A DNA stretch of 64,000 nt. It comes from Pseudovirgaria hyperparasitica. Taxonomy: Eukaryota. Position 1 is the stretch's first letter. Each line of letters opens with the position of its first letter. Position numbers and translations under genes: made by a program. The notes below the pieces were generated by a model, which was not told the DNA's origin, did not search any database, and was given only the letters and a program-made list of their open reading frames with translations. This document shows positions 22,001-35,835 of the stretch, in pieces. The DNA lies in the NCBI GenBank assembly GCA_010093815.1, contig ML996567.1. One strand, 5' to 3'.

Positions 22001-24439
22001 ATGCCGTTGTTTCGGGCTGCTTCCTTTTGCTTGTGACTTGCCTTGCGTGCTATGCTGTGAGGCGTACGGCTGTTTGGCCTGATTTCCAGAGCTTTCTGAT
22101 AGAATCTTGCTCGGCCTGTTCAACGGAATCGCTGGCTTTAAAAAGGGATTAGGTTGGGGTACAACCCGATGTGGTTCAATATTTTCAGTGGCAGAATCCG
22201 GAATCTCTGCGAATATTCCTTCTTCGTCCGAATCCCCGTACGTTTCCTCTTCGTCGTCACTGATTGAATGGACTATGCCACCCATGTTGTGAGTGAAGAC
22301 TTGATTTTCAAACAGGTTTGCATCGTCCTCGAAACCAGCCTCATGGACGTACTGTTTATTCCTAGTAGGGGATGGGTTTCTGTGGGATGGCGCTTTGTGA
22401 GGTATTTGCTGCAAAGGGCTCTGTCTTCCGGACTGGTCTGGTCGCGGAATATGGCTGGTTTTTCGACTATTGATAAAGTTGTCCGCTCCTCCAGTTTTGA
22501 TTTGAGCATTACCTGCATATTGTGTCTGACGAATACCGCTCGAACTCAGCACAGGCTCGGGTCCCACACCGTTGAATGGGCTCACTTGCGTCGAGTGCAC
22601 CATCACTCGAGTAGGTTTGGATGGATCACGCACGTTCCAGATGTGCCCTGTGCTGTCAATGATTCCCAGCTCCTGCAGCGACATGAAGATGGTTGCCGAT
22701 GTCTTCTTAATACGGTTTGTGAGATCTCTGTTTTCATCACTCTCCGCTTGTTCTGGCATACCACCTTCACTGAAGACTGCCTGTAAATTCTGCCAAAGCT
22801 TATCTTTTCTCTCTACATGACGTCTATGCACTCTTGTCAAGCGCTGTAACGACTCAAGTCTCTGAAGGCGGACTTTGATTTTATCAGTCTGGGCGGCCAA
22901 ATCGGGTGCAGAAGTACCGGTGAATTCTTGTTCAAGGGCTTCTTCCTCTAGTTGATCAACTCTCGCTCGTGCTTCGTTGACCAACTCTTGCATTTCCGAG
23001 TCAGGCCAGCCAACGAAGATATCGACTTTGGCTTTCTCTTCCATAGACAAGCTAGTCGTGCCTATGCTTTGGGAACTGAAGATGGGTGTCTTCGTGGGAT
23101 CAGACACCATGCGGTTTGCATCAGCAGCAGGGTCAGCCTCGTTTCTTCGCAGTAAGAGTGCAGACTCGACTTCTTGCACCATCTGAGCTTTCTCGGGGCT
23201 TTGGCTTCGTACTCTAGGCGGCGGCGCCGTACACAGCGGAGATTTTGTTGGACTTCCAAGGTTCGTTCTGACTGATTGACCGGCCGGCTCAGTGGTTCGT
23301 AGCGGTTTTCGCGGAGAGGAAAAAGTTTTGTTTTGGGGTTGAGCTGTCTCTGGTTCGTGATCTGACATATCGATGTCGTACTCGTCTTCCGAATCTTCAA
23401 CTACCCGCGCCTTTGCTCGGACTTGAGGTTTCTTAGACTGTTCGACGGTATGTATAGTCTTTGGTGGAGTGTGCCTAGGCGATGGAGGTGCATTAAGACT
23501 TTCGGTCCCGTCGGTAATCCGTGTGCCTGATGCTAATCGACTGGGGGACTTTCTGGAGCTCGTGCGAAACAGAACCTTTCCTTCGATAACACATTCCTCG
23601 TCATCGTGCCCGTCAAATAATGATTCGTCATATTCATCGAGTGCAGCATCAAAAGGAGCTACGTCTGCTTGCAAGACAGGACGAGACCGCGCGACTGTTG
23701 AGTACGGCGGCGGGGGGTCGTTTGGCTGGTCGAAGTCGTCGATTGAAACAAATTCTGCCCTTGAGGGGCTAGAAAGCTCTCGAGTGAGAAGTCTTTCGTC
23801 CTTGATCTTCTTTGGTTTATGACGCCTGGATGGTGTATCGAATCCATATTCCTCGCTCGTTCTCTTCTTACTGAGCTGTGATTTGGCGGGGCGCTCCTCT
23901 GTCAGATCAACGGTGTGAAATTTGTGGGAAGGAGTAGGTGGCAATTGATGTATGTCTATGGGGTTTGCTCTCTTCTTGTAGGGTCCTGGCTCGGTTGGAG
24001 AAGCGTCCTCTATGGGTCTTGTGAATTGGCGCTCGGCATTCTGATGAAACTTCTTACCCTCCCCAACAACAGCTCCTCGATGGCCCTGCGTAGCCTTGAT
24101 GGATGTAGACTTGACGTCTGGCGAAGCAAGCATCAGCATTCGAGGCTTCGAAGCAGAGCTGGGACCAATCTTGAGCCTGGCCATGTCGTCCACAGACTGT
24201 TCCCCGCCACGGTGCGGGGCACCCTGATTCTCCTGATGTAGATGATCCCTCCGAGATGATGTATCATTGTCTCGAGCAATATGGGTTACATCGGTAGCGG
24301 GGATGTCGTTCTGAAGCGTCGCAGAGCTTGGGTAGCTCTCGAATGAGCGAGTGGCGCGCTGTTGGGTTGATGGAGGAGGAATGAATGGTTTTGAAGACAG
24401 AAGCCAGGTCAAATGCTGTCTCAGGTTATGACTTGTCAT
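19097..24439 (-). CDS. SGS1: RecQ-family DNA helicase (Sgs1/Rqh1/MusN), 2 exons, intron 20437-20390
   Basis: MPTGGGKSLCYQLP, DEAHCVSQWGHDFRPDY, ATIAFGMGIDKPDVR, YYQETGRAGRDG, RQC Cys cluster, and an HRDC-like segment in exon 2. The GTAAGG...GCTGAT...TAG intron joins the frames. Confidence 0.95.
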
Positions 24440-24926
24440 CTGGAGCTCTCATACTGTCGAGTGTGAGTCTCATCGGCACCGTCCCGAATCAAAGAGCATT
24501 GGTCGTTATGGGCACGGATTCGTGATAGGTCGAGCTGGTTGAGAAGTAGTCGTGACTTCGCCGCGTCGCGTGGCTTAGCGCGAGGCGATCAGGCATAAAC
24601 ATCGCGCACGCACGTGATGGTGGCAAAAGTCTTTAATATGTGTTTGTCTGGCCTCAATCACTTCTCGATAGCCTAGACGCATATATCATGATGATTACAT
24701 GGTCTGCTATGTTGCCGCATGCAACTATGAACGAGGTTATCTGGAGTGCCTGCGTCCTGAAGTCTGTCTTAGCCGTGGAAACTGCCCGGCCGACACAATT
24801 TGACTCGCGCTGATCTAACTAATTATCAATCTATATTGACCTTTAGAGGAAATTACTCGAACGCTTTAACCCCTGGACAACGTTATATTGTCATTAGTAT
24901 CATCTCACTATACTCACAGAAGACCC

Positions 24927-26471
24927 ATGACAACATCAATATCGACCATGCAGTCCTTACGATCATTCCCAAACGTCCAATCTCTAATCGACAGACTTCT
25001 CGATAGTGCTGTTCCTGGCGAGGTTCTCCCAAGCCAGCAAACGCTTGCTGAAGCACGAAACCAGCTCTTCAAAACTCTACCATCGAACGGCATAGGTCTG
25101 GAAAGCACCATTGAACATCTGACCCGGTATATCAAACCAGCACTCAATGGCAACAGCCTCACAGCTAATTACTATGGCTTCGTTACCGGAGGATCCACCG
25201 CGGCAGCATCTCTGGCAGACAATCTAGCTACATTGTATGACCAGAACGTACAAGTCCATCTGCCCAACGAAACAATCGCCACTGACCTCGAGGACGCAGC
25301 ATTACGCATGCTCTGTAGTCTCCTTTCTCTGAATGCCGAGGAATGGCCACATCGAACCTTCACTACCGGTGCAACAGCCAGTAACGTGATAGGTCTTGCA
25401 TGCGCCCGCGAGGCCGTCATCTCCAAGCACCTCACAGCGAAGGGCGCATATTCCGTGTCATGTGTTGGCGAGACTGGTCTGGTCAAAGCCATGCGCGAGG
25501 CTGGCGTAGAGGACATCCAAGTCCTAACGTCAGCACCACATTCCTCCCTCAGCAAAGCAGCCAGCATACTCGGCTTAGGAAGGTCATGCATTAAACTCAT
25601 CGGCCACGAGAACGCACCGCATCTCATAGACCTTGCCAAACTGGAATCCGCGCTTCAAGAGCCCAATGTTGCAAGTATTGTGGCAATATCATGCTCTGAA
25701 GTGAACACAGGCAAATTCGCAACCCATAGCGAAAGCCACATGCGTGAGATTCGCCACCTGTGCGACCGCTTCAATGCTTGGGTACATGTCGACGGGGCGT
25801 TCGGCATCTTCGCACGACTCCTGACGGATGCAGATGACGCTTCTCTCATCCAGGCTTCTTCCGGAATCGAACTCGCCGACTCCATCACCGGAGACGGTCA
25901 TAAACTCCTCAACGTTCCATATGATTGTGGATTTATACTTACGCGTTCCCGTTCAAACGCTGAGCAGGTCTTTCAAAACCCGAACGCGGCATATCTCAGT
26001 GGAGGCGCAGCGAGCGACATCGCATCCCCCCTTAATATTGGCATCGAAAACTCACGTAGGTTCCGTGCTCTGCCAGTCTATGCGACTCTCGTGGCATACG
26101 GCCGCCATGGCTACGCAGAGATGCTAGAGCGCCAGGTAAGACTGTCACGTGGCATCGCGAAGTACATAACAGAAAGTGCACACTTTGAGCTTCTGCCAGA
26201 GAGAACCGTAAAAGAAGGCATCAAAGATAGCTTCGATGATGTATTCATTATCGTACTCTTCCGCGCACGAGATGCATCTTTGAACGATCGGCTAGTGGAT
26301 CTGATAAAAGCGACGGCAAAGATATACGTTTCTGGCACTGCATGGAAGGGTCTGCCAGCATGTCGTTTCGCCGTATCAAATTGGGCGGTTGAGCCAGAGC
26401 GTGATCTCCAGCTGATCACGTCGGTCCTTGAAGGCATCGTACACGACTGGAAAAGTAGGACTGCTGCATAA
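24927..26471 (+). CDS. Group II pyridoxal-phosphate-dependent decarboxylase
   Basis: FTTGATASN, HSSLSKAA, WVHVDGAFG and DGHKLLNVPYDCG (PLP lysine) motifs. Single exon. Confidence 0.92.
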   Translation: MTTSISTMQSLRSFPNVQSLIDRLLDSAVPGEVLPSQQTLAEARNQLFKTLPSNGIGLESTIEHLTRYIKPALNGNSLTANYYGFVTGGSTAAASLADNLATLYDQNVQVHLPNETIATDLEDAALRMLCSLLSLNAEEWPHRTFTTGATASNVIGLACAREAVISKHLTAKGAYSVSCVGETGLVKAMREAGVEDIQVLTSAPHSSLSKAASILGLGRSCIKLIGHENAPHLIDLAKLESALQEPNVASIVAISCSEVNTGKFATHSESHMREIRHLCDRFNAWVHVDGAFGIFARLLTDADDASLIQASSGIELADSITGDGHKLLNVPYDCGFILTRSRSNAEQVFQNPNAAYLSGGAASDIASPLNIGIENSRRFRALPVYATLVAYGRHGYAEMLERQVRLSRGIAKYITESAHFELLPERTVKEGIKDSFDDVFIIVLFRARDASLNDRLVDLIKATAKIYVSGTAWKGLPACRFAVSNWAVEPERDLQLITSVLEGIVHDWKSRTAA

Positions 26472-27457
26472 GTACCCGCTCGTGCTTCCATACGTAATCA
26501 TTAGCCTTGATAGACACTACGCCATATACATAAGAACCCCAACAATAGCCACTCATTGGACAGTTTCACTGTCAGCTGTGCCATGGAATCTCTCTGGAAC
26601 AGAGTCTCCACTCTTAGCTTGTCTGCTTTCACGAGCCTGACGATGGACCCTATGTAGGGATTCGCACCGGCCCGCTGACCAAGTTGACCTTTGCCGGCTG
26701 TGGTAAAGCGGCGTTGATTGTATTCCTCTGAACATTGTATGGTCAGGGCTGGCACCAATCGCGGAGCTTGCACGACCGAGTGCGATCTGGGACAAAGAAG
26801 ATAGTTTGTAGCGTGAGGCCACTAAATGTATGAAGTAACGTCGTGGGTCAGGCTGCGTGTTTGCCAATAAGCTGACTTGGTAGTTCGTATATAGCTATGG
26901 ATATCCGGCGAGGGGTATCTTGAATTTCTGGCATGCTGACTCGTGCTTACGCTTAGGCGTACGTCACTTCTCAGTGTCTCTCGAGTCCTGCAACAGCAGG
27001 TAATCTATATTCGTGCCATAAGTGATGTTAAATGCAGCGAGTACTCGCCATAGTGATGTGACGTCCATTGACTCAACACTAAATGATATAAGTCTCGCTA
27101 GGCTTCAGGGTTCATCTCACGGCCTCTAGCTGTTTTCGTCATCCAACGCCGTCTGTAATATGACATATTACTGCAGCATGAACAGGCCTCCCCGTCCGAA
27201 CAAGAAAGTTGCTTCACACCTAATGAGTTAAGGTTCCCCGCAACGAGCCTTCCAGTCCTGATCATTCCTGCGTCGTACTGTCCCATTTCGTGTGACCGAT
27301 GACGTATGTCTTTCATCGAAACATAAGCGTGAGTGATACAAATAGCCTCCACCTCAGCGCGAATCCATTTCTTGTTCATCTTCCACTCCAACCTCAGACA
27401 ATCTTCACACTTTACCAACTTGAACTCCAACCAAACTAACCCTCAATCTCGATCATC

Positions 27458-27828
27458 ATGACTGACGCCGGCCGCAAGGATTTCTCCACCAGTACGTCGA
27501 GTGTCTCACGCAAGCTCTTCATGCTCTAACACCTTCACAGAGGCGAAGGAGTCTATCATCCCAGACTCCACCAAATCCACCCATACCAAGGCCAAGGAAG
27601 ATATCACTGATGCCGGTGACAAGGTCGTACGGTAAGCAAGGTCATTACTTTACTTCTTTATTCCGTCATCTCATCATCGATAGTGGTATTCAGCCCGACG
27701 GCAGCAAGTCGCACACTCAAGAGGCCAGCGACAAGATTGGCCGCAGCAAGGACCGAAATGAGCACGGTACCTCTGGAGGTGGCATCGGTGAGAAGATCAA
27801 GGACGCTCTTCACATCAACAAGAAGTAG
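27458..27828 (+). CDS. HSP12: Hsp12/Hsp9-family small stress protein, 3 exons (27458-27491, 27541-27631, 27684-27828)
   Basis: Spliced product MTDAGRKDFSTKAKESIIPDSTKS...RGIQPDGSKSHTQEASD. GT..AG introns keep the frame. Confidence 0.9.
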
Positions 27829-28964
27829 AGTGGTCCGGACGACTGATGGATAGCATCGAAGTCGTCTCAAGCGGGAGATCTCGTTGAAAGCGTAACTACA
27901 CCTGATGACGGCCTGAGACTTTACTTTGTACTGTTAGCACGATGATACCACTGAAGTAATTTTACCTTTTCTCTCAATACATTTACTACTATGCTTTAAC
28001 TATAAATGCAAACGGTCCTTGTAATGGTTATGTCAATGGTCCAGCAGTTAAGACGCGTAGTCATATTCACAGTGTATTGCCACGACATCAGGTAAGCCAG
28101 TCGCCTAGCCTGGTAGCCAGCGAGATGAACCATCAAGCATGAGATGTGACAGTCGGCACATGCAAAAGAAATGATTAAGATGCAGGCCAGTGTACTATGT
28201 ATACTGAAGATACAAGGCAGAACCCTTGCAAGGCTTGTAGCCATAACAGAGCCCTGAAGCTAAGCTTTTGATGGAGGCGCCGGCGCCAAACAAAGCGGAT
28301 CAAAAGGGGAAAAGGAGCAATCGGACGGCGGAAAGAGCGATACTGATTGGGCGGAGAATGGGGAGGCAGGAACAGAAACGTGGGAAGTGACGTGTGAAGG
28401 GTCTCGAGTCGCCCGGTAGTCCGAGCGTTGCGTTGCTGCGACTACCCAGCCACACCAAAACACCCAGCCATCACCAACCTCACCATTTCCAGATGCACTG
28501 CACTCTGCGGAAAAAGGACAGCCACCGCAGTTTCGGACAATTCTTCCTACTCTCCACACAGAATAAGCTACATCTCTCTTTGCTCTAACATCTATCTCAA
28601 CAGTCTTGATCTATCTCAAAAGTTCAACTTTCTAACCCTTGAGTTAAGCGCAGGGTCGAACATACATTCGCTACCAGACTTTGGATAGTTTCATTCCTGA
28701 GCTGCAAGTCGGGAATTGCGTACATTCCGATCCACCGCATCTATCGCTACATTTCTCCATACCTCTTATTTTGACATTCCTCATACGACACCCCACATTC
28801 CTCGCATCGCCAGACAGATCGCACCCAGAGACGGCAGCCGTCTCACACGGCATCGGCTGCATCCCTCGACGGACAGCTCTCTCCGTCCCTCGGGAGCCGT
28901 ACGAGGAACGAAGGGATAGTATAGAGTCAAGCAAGGAAGAAGGGAAAGGAGAAGGGCAGTCGCA

Positions 28965-29934
28965 ATGGCGAACCTCAGATTTGCGGTTAGCATGCAGAGT
29001 ACGTAGTCGCCCCAACCCTCCATATCTCAGGACCAGATTACTAACATAACACAGGGCTGATACCATTCCTCGGCTTTCATCACCTTCTCATGATCCTAAT
29101 CGCCAATGCCATCATACTACTTTGTGAGTCTCAGACCCTACTGCGCAACAATCCAATGCTAATGACATTCCAGCACTCCTCCTAGCAGGTTGCTCCTCAA
29201 CATCACCTCTCATCCCAGGAATATTCCTCATATCCCTCTACTACGAAAACTATGCACCCACATACGATCCCGCGCAAGTGGATCCTGGCGTCACATCCGC
29301 CATTGCAAACATTGTTGGGCAAGCTTCAATGGAGGTTAGAGTCGGATACTTCGGTCTCTGTGTCAACCCTGATGGCGGCAGCTGGCTATGTACGAGCAAT
29401 GCCACATCCCTGGCACAGCAAGTTAGCGTAGACCAGGATCCACTCAACCTGATCTGGGTCGCGAGTACATTCAAGGATAGCATTGTCTTTCCGTACCTGC
29501 TGTAAGTCAATGCATTCGCCATAACCATCCGCTCTTTGACTGACCTTTCCAATAGGATCGTAGCAATTGTTCTCGCATTCTTCACCTTTATCCTGCTTGC
29601 CACATTTCCGGGCTGGCACGAAGAGCGTGACGCAACAACCGGTTCCGACGTCGATGTAAAGCCGTTCCCATCTCGACCTGTCTCACAGATTGCTCTCGCT
29701 CTGATCTTCGTCAGCTCCATCTTCGTGCTTGTATCTGTATTGTGGCAACACACTGCATCCGTAGCAGCAGCGACAGTAGCCCAAGATCTAGGCAATGGGA
29801 GTGTGAGAAGTGGGGTCGGAACAGCTGCCATGGTGCTTGGTTGGTTCGGCTTCGTGCTACTCATAATAGTCACGATCGGTCTCTTGGTCATCATAATAAG
29901 CATGGTCGTTCTGGACAGACTGACGGACGACTAA
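28965..29934 (+). CDS. FIG1: Fig1-family Ca2+ influx / membrane fusion protein, 4 exons (28965-28998, 29055-29123, 29174-29501, 29556-29934)
   Basis: LLAGCSS, VRVGYFGLC...WLC claudin-like motif, PFPSRPVSQ, LWQHTASVAA. Canonical introns keep the frame. Confidence 0.9.
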
Positions 29935-30461
29935 GAAGACGATGTCATTAGGGGGAACAATGCTGGACGTTATATATGGGACGCAGACATACGACAAAAT
30001 AATGGGTTTCGATGACGACAACGTACAAAAGAAGGAAGAGATCGGTTCAACGAGATGGTGGAGGTCCATTTCTGTTCATGAGCGTGCATAAACTTATTCC
30101 CCCTTCATGTCTTCCTATTTTCAGTACTTGGGAAGCGCGGACGCAGATTCGTCATATCGGTGCTACGATGCCACCGACGCGCTGGCATATGAGCTCGGAG
30201 TTACTGGGTGGGACACTTTTGAAGTTCAACTGATGGGGAATGCAATGGCGATGTATCCAGCCCAAGCCGCCTGGGAACTGTACGTATATAGATGACCCAT
30301 GAGATGGGACCGAATGAATTAAAGATTGAACAAAGCTCGACAAAGGCCCTGAATGATATTATATTATTGGATCCGTGATTGATGGTGCTGTCCTTCGTGA
30401 ATAACTGCTCATCCACTGCTCATCATCAACTGCTCATCATCAACGGCTCATCATCGTCGCT

Positions 30462-33196
30462 CTACGTACTCCCACTCCGACTGATTCCACTCCCCATACT
30501 CCCCACGTCATCATCCTCGTCCATATCCTGCTCAAACGCCAACCTACCCACATTGAACAGCCCCTCAGCCCACTCCGCAAACGCCTCGGCATCCCAAACC
30601 TCATCGTCCCTACCCTTGCCCTTCTTCGGCAAGCCTTTGCCATTTGCCCTGCTCTGCGCCACATAGCGATCATGGAAAGTCTCGTAGAGCTCAATGACCC
30701 GGTCTTGCACTGCGGCGACAAGGGTCTCGCGTGTGCGCACATCGTCGATATACTCCTCCAACCGCTTGCGCATAAACGGCGTTTCCTTCTCCATGGCGCT
30801 GCGCACAAGCTGTGTAGCGGCATGCGGATCGAACGACTTTTTCGCCTGTGCACCTTCTGAGACGGCCGCGGCCATGCGAGTAGCAAAGGAGTTTGTGAAT
30901 TCGTTGATGACAGTGCGGAGTTTACCGTCGAGCTCGGCTTTGGCATCGAGCATGTTCTCGACTACTTTTGGGACGAGGCCGCCGCCGACGAGGCGCATCA
31001 AATTTGCGGGGTTGAAAAGGCCGCCGCGAGATCGGAGTTCGTGGAAGGTCGAGGTCATGGATGAGAAGTCGAAGCCGACTTCTGGGGTGACGAATTCAAT
31101 GTCGAAGGCGACAATTTGTTGTTTGAGTAGGAGTAGATGTTTGATCAGGAAGAGGTTGGCGTCAGTAGGGGAGGAGCGCTGGGAGATCTGGGATGCTGCG
31201 TTATGTAGGGAGAGCGTCGTCTGGTGGACTATTTGATGAGCAAGGTCGTCGAAGACGGAGGACTATAGAGAGATGTTAGTGAAGCTATGAAGTAATGAAA
31301 GGGCAAACATACGTGGACAAGGCGGTAGATCTTGCTGAGAAGCCATATTGCCTTACGCATCGTTGGATACCAGTCTTGGTACGCATTGAAGTTGAACGCG
31401 CTTAGGCCGTCTTCTTCTGACTCGACAATCATGGTTTGGGGGAGGACACCGTTCTGAGAGCCTTTGCGACCAGATAGGGCGGGCTGGGCTGACAAAGTCT
31501 TGAGTTTAGCATTACGATCGAATCGGCCGGGATAGTCGAGGTCCTCTGGCTTCGGCCTATATTGCTCAATGTCTGTCTTCAGGACCCCCAGTGCGAGGAA
31601 TACAAGTCGTGTCTGAGCATCTTCTAGTGCCGAGTGTATCAAAGCTGGAAAGTTGAGACGACTCCGATCTAGAGGGTCCTCTTCCTCCTCATCTGGGTCT
31701 ATATATCGGGTCTGGATGAAGGTGCAGAGCTCGCAAAGTTTGGTCATCTGTGTTTCGTGTATGATACGGGGCCGAAGATGGTCGAAAAGGGGCTCGCATA
31801 ACGATTCGAGAAAGTGATATAGTCTTCCATCAGTCTCAAACCATTCGAACCACAGCTCATATTCGTCAACAAGGATGCCCCGCAAGAAGCTTATGCTACT
31901 CCTTGCAAAGGCGACGAGGTCTTTTGACGTGCTTGGAGCCAGCGCAATTTCCCCCATCTCCTTTGAGACGATAGGCAGTATCAACCTGCCCCGGGCGGTC
32001 GAATAGCTTTGGTACAATTCGTTCATCAAACTTTGATATTCTGCTTCTGTACCAGCTTCGGCGTTCGCTGGTACCACAGCACGTTTTTGTATTTGGAGAC
32101 CTAGTTGTTTCAGTTCTGGGGCACCGACCCTGAATTTGGCATACAGAAGAGCAGACATAGTGGTCTCGTTGAGTTGCCTATCTGCAATTCGTTTCGACAC
32201 ATCGGCAGCTATCTCTCGAAGAGCATTGGTGATGTGTACACGGATCAATGTGAGTCCTCGCGTCAGAAGTAATCGGTACCGAGATCGGTATGTGGCCGCT
32301 TCGCGGTGGCTCGGCTGGCACATATTAGTAGAGGGCAAAGCTTGCACACGAATACATACATGAGATTCCATGTATTCCAAGCAGCTGTCGAGGTTCTCCA
32401 GCATGTCCACATATTCTTTTCGTCTCACGTGGTTTCCAGCACCGGGGGCATTCAACCTGCGTGTGATCGGCTCAAGGTATGCATAGTACCGCAAATTATC
32501 TTCCACTTCATCTGCAAGCTTAACAATGCGCCTTTGATCGTGGACCAAGCTCTCGCATTGTGTCTGAAAAGCAGTAGTCTGGTGTTCTACGGCCTTGAAT
32601 GAGTTCGAGAGAGATACTAGGTTCTTTAAAGCAGAAGATGTGTCGAGGAGCAGATTATCCAAATGCGACTTTGTGAGGCTCAGTTGGTCATGATATAGTC
32701 TTCAATTGACGATCAGCAGGTCACACATTCAAGCATATCGGGTCTCATACCGATACTGCTCATGGCTCGCATCTAGCAGCTCATCGCTGATATCTCCATA
32801 CCATTCCGTAAAGTCAATTTCAGTCTTAATTTGGTCTCTTGTCCTTTTCTTTGCCTTTTCTGCCTCGCGTTCCTTCTCATGCTCTTTTCGAACGTGTGCC
32901 CTGACCACATCGTAAAAGTCGCTGTAGGATTTCGCACGCCGCGCAATGGTAGCTTCTGGTGGCCCAATCGTATCTGTAAGTTCCTCAGGTATCTCGGGTA
33001 TACCGACTGCGGTCTCGACGTCAGCTGAAGTGCCATCCTACAACGATTCATCAATAACGTAGAGCTCGCGCAGGCTGATTGCAGAGCTTACGTTTGGTTG
33101 CTTCAGTAGACTCTCGCGACGTTTGTGGCCCTTCGACTTGTCCTGCTGGGTGCTAGAGCGAGGGACGAATGCATCATACCAACTCGCTTCATACAT
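30462..33196 (-). CDS. COG3: Conserved oligomeric Golgi complex subunit 3 (Sec34), 5 exons; introns 33091-33038, 32750-32700, 32359-32315, 31312-31263
   Basis: YLEPITRRLNAPG, LLYAKFR, LRPRIIHE, DAQTRLVF, WYPT..KAIWLLSKIYRLV, FLIKHLLLLKQQIVAFDIE. GT-AG introns link the ORF pieces in frame. Confidence 0.92.
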
Positions 33197-33564
33197 TTTC
33201 CAGAGAGAGGAGGGAGGTTGATGGCGCGAGCGTGAAGGCTCATTTCCCGTTCACTCTGCTGTAAATAGCTGTATGCATCTCAAGCTGGCCTGAAACTCCA
33301 AGATGTGGGGGTTTATGCCTGAATGCCTGCATGCCTGAATGCGTTGTCTGTGGTGCTTCTTATTGGACTAACAGACGCGACTAGCTTGCATCTCTATGAC
33401 GCTTTTAGGTCTGGGGAAATGCTCTAAGCGTCCCATGGAATATTGATCCATCTCCGCGCAACGGCTTACGATCAGCTATGTCTGCCTTCTGGTTTGCCCT
33501 TAATGCCATCATGCCATAATTCTTTCTTACTGCTCTTTCCACGCTTCGATTGTCAACTTTCACG

Positions 33565-35340
33565 ATGCTCAAATCAAGGCCAATCGCACAGGCAGCCTCG
33601 GCCATAAAGATAAGCTCTCGAGGGTTTCATCCACATCCTGGAACCGGAGACACAAGAGTTGCAACAAGGGTGTATTCACCATATGCTGCACGGCGACAAC
33701 AGCATTTTTTCAGATCAGTGGCCACAGTCATAGTCCTTGGATCCTTTGCCACAGCATGGCAGTGGTCGCGAGAGTTGCACGCTGAGGAACCACCAGCGGC
33801 CAACGAGCCACAATTCGAGAAGCCAAGGAAGAAGGCTTCGTCAAAGGAAGAGAACAGGGACATCATAAGCTCTCAGCACCTCCAAGTGCGACGGAGTTGG
33901 GAGAATCCAGGCGTGTATGCTTGGGGATCGAACGCTGGAAAGGTTGTCGCTCCCGACTCAAACGAGCCATTCATAAAAACAGCCCGCCGAATACCATACT
34001 TTGATGGCAAGGTTTTGAGGGATGTTAAGCTTGACAAGACGTATGGAGCTGCTATCGATGACAAAGGAGACCTCATACAATGGGGTACGCAGTTTTCTAC
34101 GGAGGACTACACACCACAAGTTACCCTGCGCCACAAAGACCTCGTTTCCCTGTCTCTCTCCCGCGACCGTATCATAGCCTTGAGCTCAAATGGCACAGTA
34201 TACAGCATTCCGGCCTCCAAATCTGACCAACAAGCCGGCTCCAAATGCCAGGAAAGCTCCTGGGTTCCCTTCTGGACGTCACGAGCCAGTATTAGCTATC
34301 GGAAGATCGAACCCTCGAACCTTGCTTGGGGCGAAAAGATCTCTTCTGTGTCTTCTGGAATCGAGCATGCCCTACTACTTACTACTAAAGGCCGTGTCTA
34401 TTCCTTCGCCTCCGCTTCTGACACATTTCCCTCACGCGGCCAGCTGGGCATTCCCGGCCTTTTATTCCGTACGCGACCAGCAGGTCCTGCTGATCAACCT
34501 CACGAGATCACCACTCTCCGCGGATTCCCTATAACACAAATTTCTGCCGGCGACCATCATAGCCTAGCCGCCGATCGCGATGGTCGTGTCTTCGCGTTTG
34601 GTGATAACTCTTTCGGCCAGCTAGGTCTCGACACATCCGAGCCGTCTTTTGTCGACACTCCGGCCTTGGTGCCCCTCACACGTCTTTACTCTGGCACATC
34701 ACAGGTCCCGCGTGTGACGCGTATCGCAGCAGGTGGGACGAACAGCTACTTCACTATCGACGCAACACGGGTAGCCTCTGCTGCAGACGACGAGTCTGAA
34801 TCGCGCTCAGCGCGTCTGGCAATGGGACGCGTGACGGCCGATACCTGGGCTTGTGGGCAAGGTATCTGGGGTGCACTCGGCAACGGACGATGGACGCATG
34901 TCGCGTCTACCCCTGTCAAGATTCCCTCCCTCTCTGGCCTTTACGAGTATGACGAGGCTGCCAAGCAAGCCATCCCAATCCGCCTAGCACGTCTCTCAGT
35001 CGGCACAAACCACGTCGCAGCAGTCATGGACAACGTGACAGAAGTCTCGGCAGCTGACTCGAGGTACGCGAGTGAAAACGCCACGAATTGGGGCGCAGAC
35101 ATCCTATTCTTCGGGAACAACGAGTTTTACCAGCTCGGCACGGGCAAGCGGAATAACGTGAGCAACCCGGTGTATATCCAGCCACTGGATGCCGTAGCGG
35201 AGCGGAAGGTGCGTGGCAAGGAAGAGCATCGTTTTCAGATCACGCCGAAGAAGAAGGTCAGCGTGAATGGCAGGAAAGTCGAGATGGAGCAGAGAGTGGA
35301 GTGTGGAAGGCATGTAACGGCTGTGTACTCTGGAGTATAA
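33565..35340 (+). CDS. FMP25: Mitochondrial RCC1-repeat protein, Fmp25-like
   Basis: Basic N-terminal presequence, one TM segment, SWENPGVYAWGSN, RCC1 repeats (ISAGDHHSLA..DGRVFAFGDNSFGQLG), ending VECGRHVTAVYS. Confidence 0.85.
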   Translation: MLKSRPIAQAASAIKISSRGFHPHPGTGDTRVATRVYSPYAARRQQHFFRSVATVIVLGSFATAWQWSRELHAEEPPAANEPQFEKPRKKASSKEENRDIISSQHLQVRRSWENPGVYAWGSNAGKVVAPDSNEPFIKTARRIPYFDGKVLRDVKLDKTYGAAIDDKGDLIQWGTQFSTEDYTPQVTLRHKDLVSLSLSRDRIIALSSNGTVYSIPASKSDQQAGSKCQESSWVPFWTSRASISYRKIEPSNLAWGEKISSVSSGIEHALLLTTKGRVYSFASASDTFPSRGQLGIPGLLFRTRPAGPADQPHEITTLRGFPITQISAGDHHSLAADRDGRVFAFGDNSFGQLGLDTSEPSFVDTPALVPLTRLYSGTSQVPRVTRIAAGGTNSYFTIDATRVASAADDESESRSARLAMGRVTADTWACGQGIWGALGNGRWTHVASTPVKIPSLSGLYEYDEAAKQAIPIRLARLSVGTNHVAAVMDNVTEVSAADSRYASENATNWGADILFFGNNEFYQLGTGKRNNVSNPVYIQPLDAVAERKVRGKEEHRFQITPKKKVSVNGRKVEMEQRVECGRHVTAVYSGV

Positions 35341-35835
35341 GCCGCGAAGGAGGCGAAGGTGATGTCTCCGAGCAGACTGAAGTGTCAGCAACAGGAGGGC
35401 ATTATCAGTGTTATTAGCGTTCTCACGGCCCCATGTCATGTAAATAGTATTCCGTCCATTTCGGTCATGTATTGATCCTTAACGATATGCTACATACTTC
35501 TAAAGATATTCCTGAGCAGAGAATCATGACCGTCATACCAATCTAACAAGATAAGCCCAAGACAACACTATGTCCCATGTTAAATCAGTCCCTCTCTCGA
35601 AACTCCTTCGCTGTCCCTCCTCTCATCTCTCTACAAACCAACCCTCTGAAAACATTACACCCCTATCAAATCCACAAACCTATCTCCACATTCGTCCACT
35701 CCTCCACTATCCCCAACATGAGTGCCCATCCAGCCCCCTTAAGACCGCACCCAAAACTTCCCCAGAAAGTCAACACAACCCCCCCGCAAAAAAATCGCCG
35801 AGGAAAAAACAGCTCAAAAAAAAAAAAAACACAAA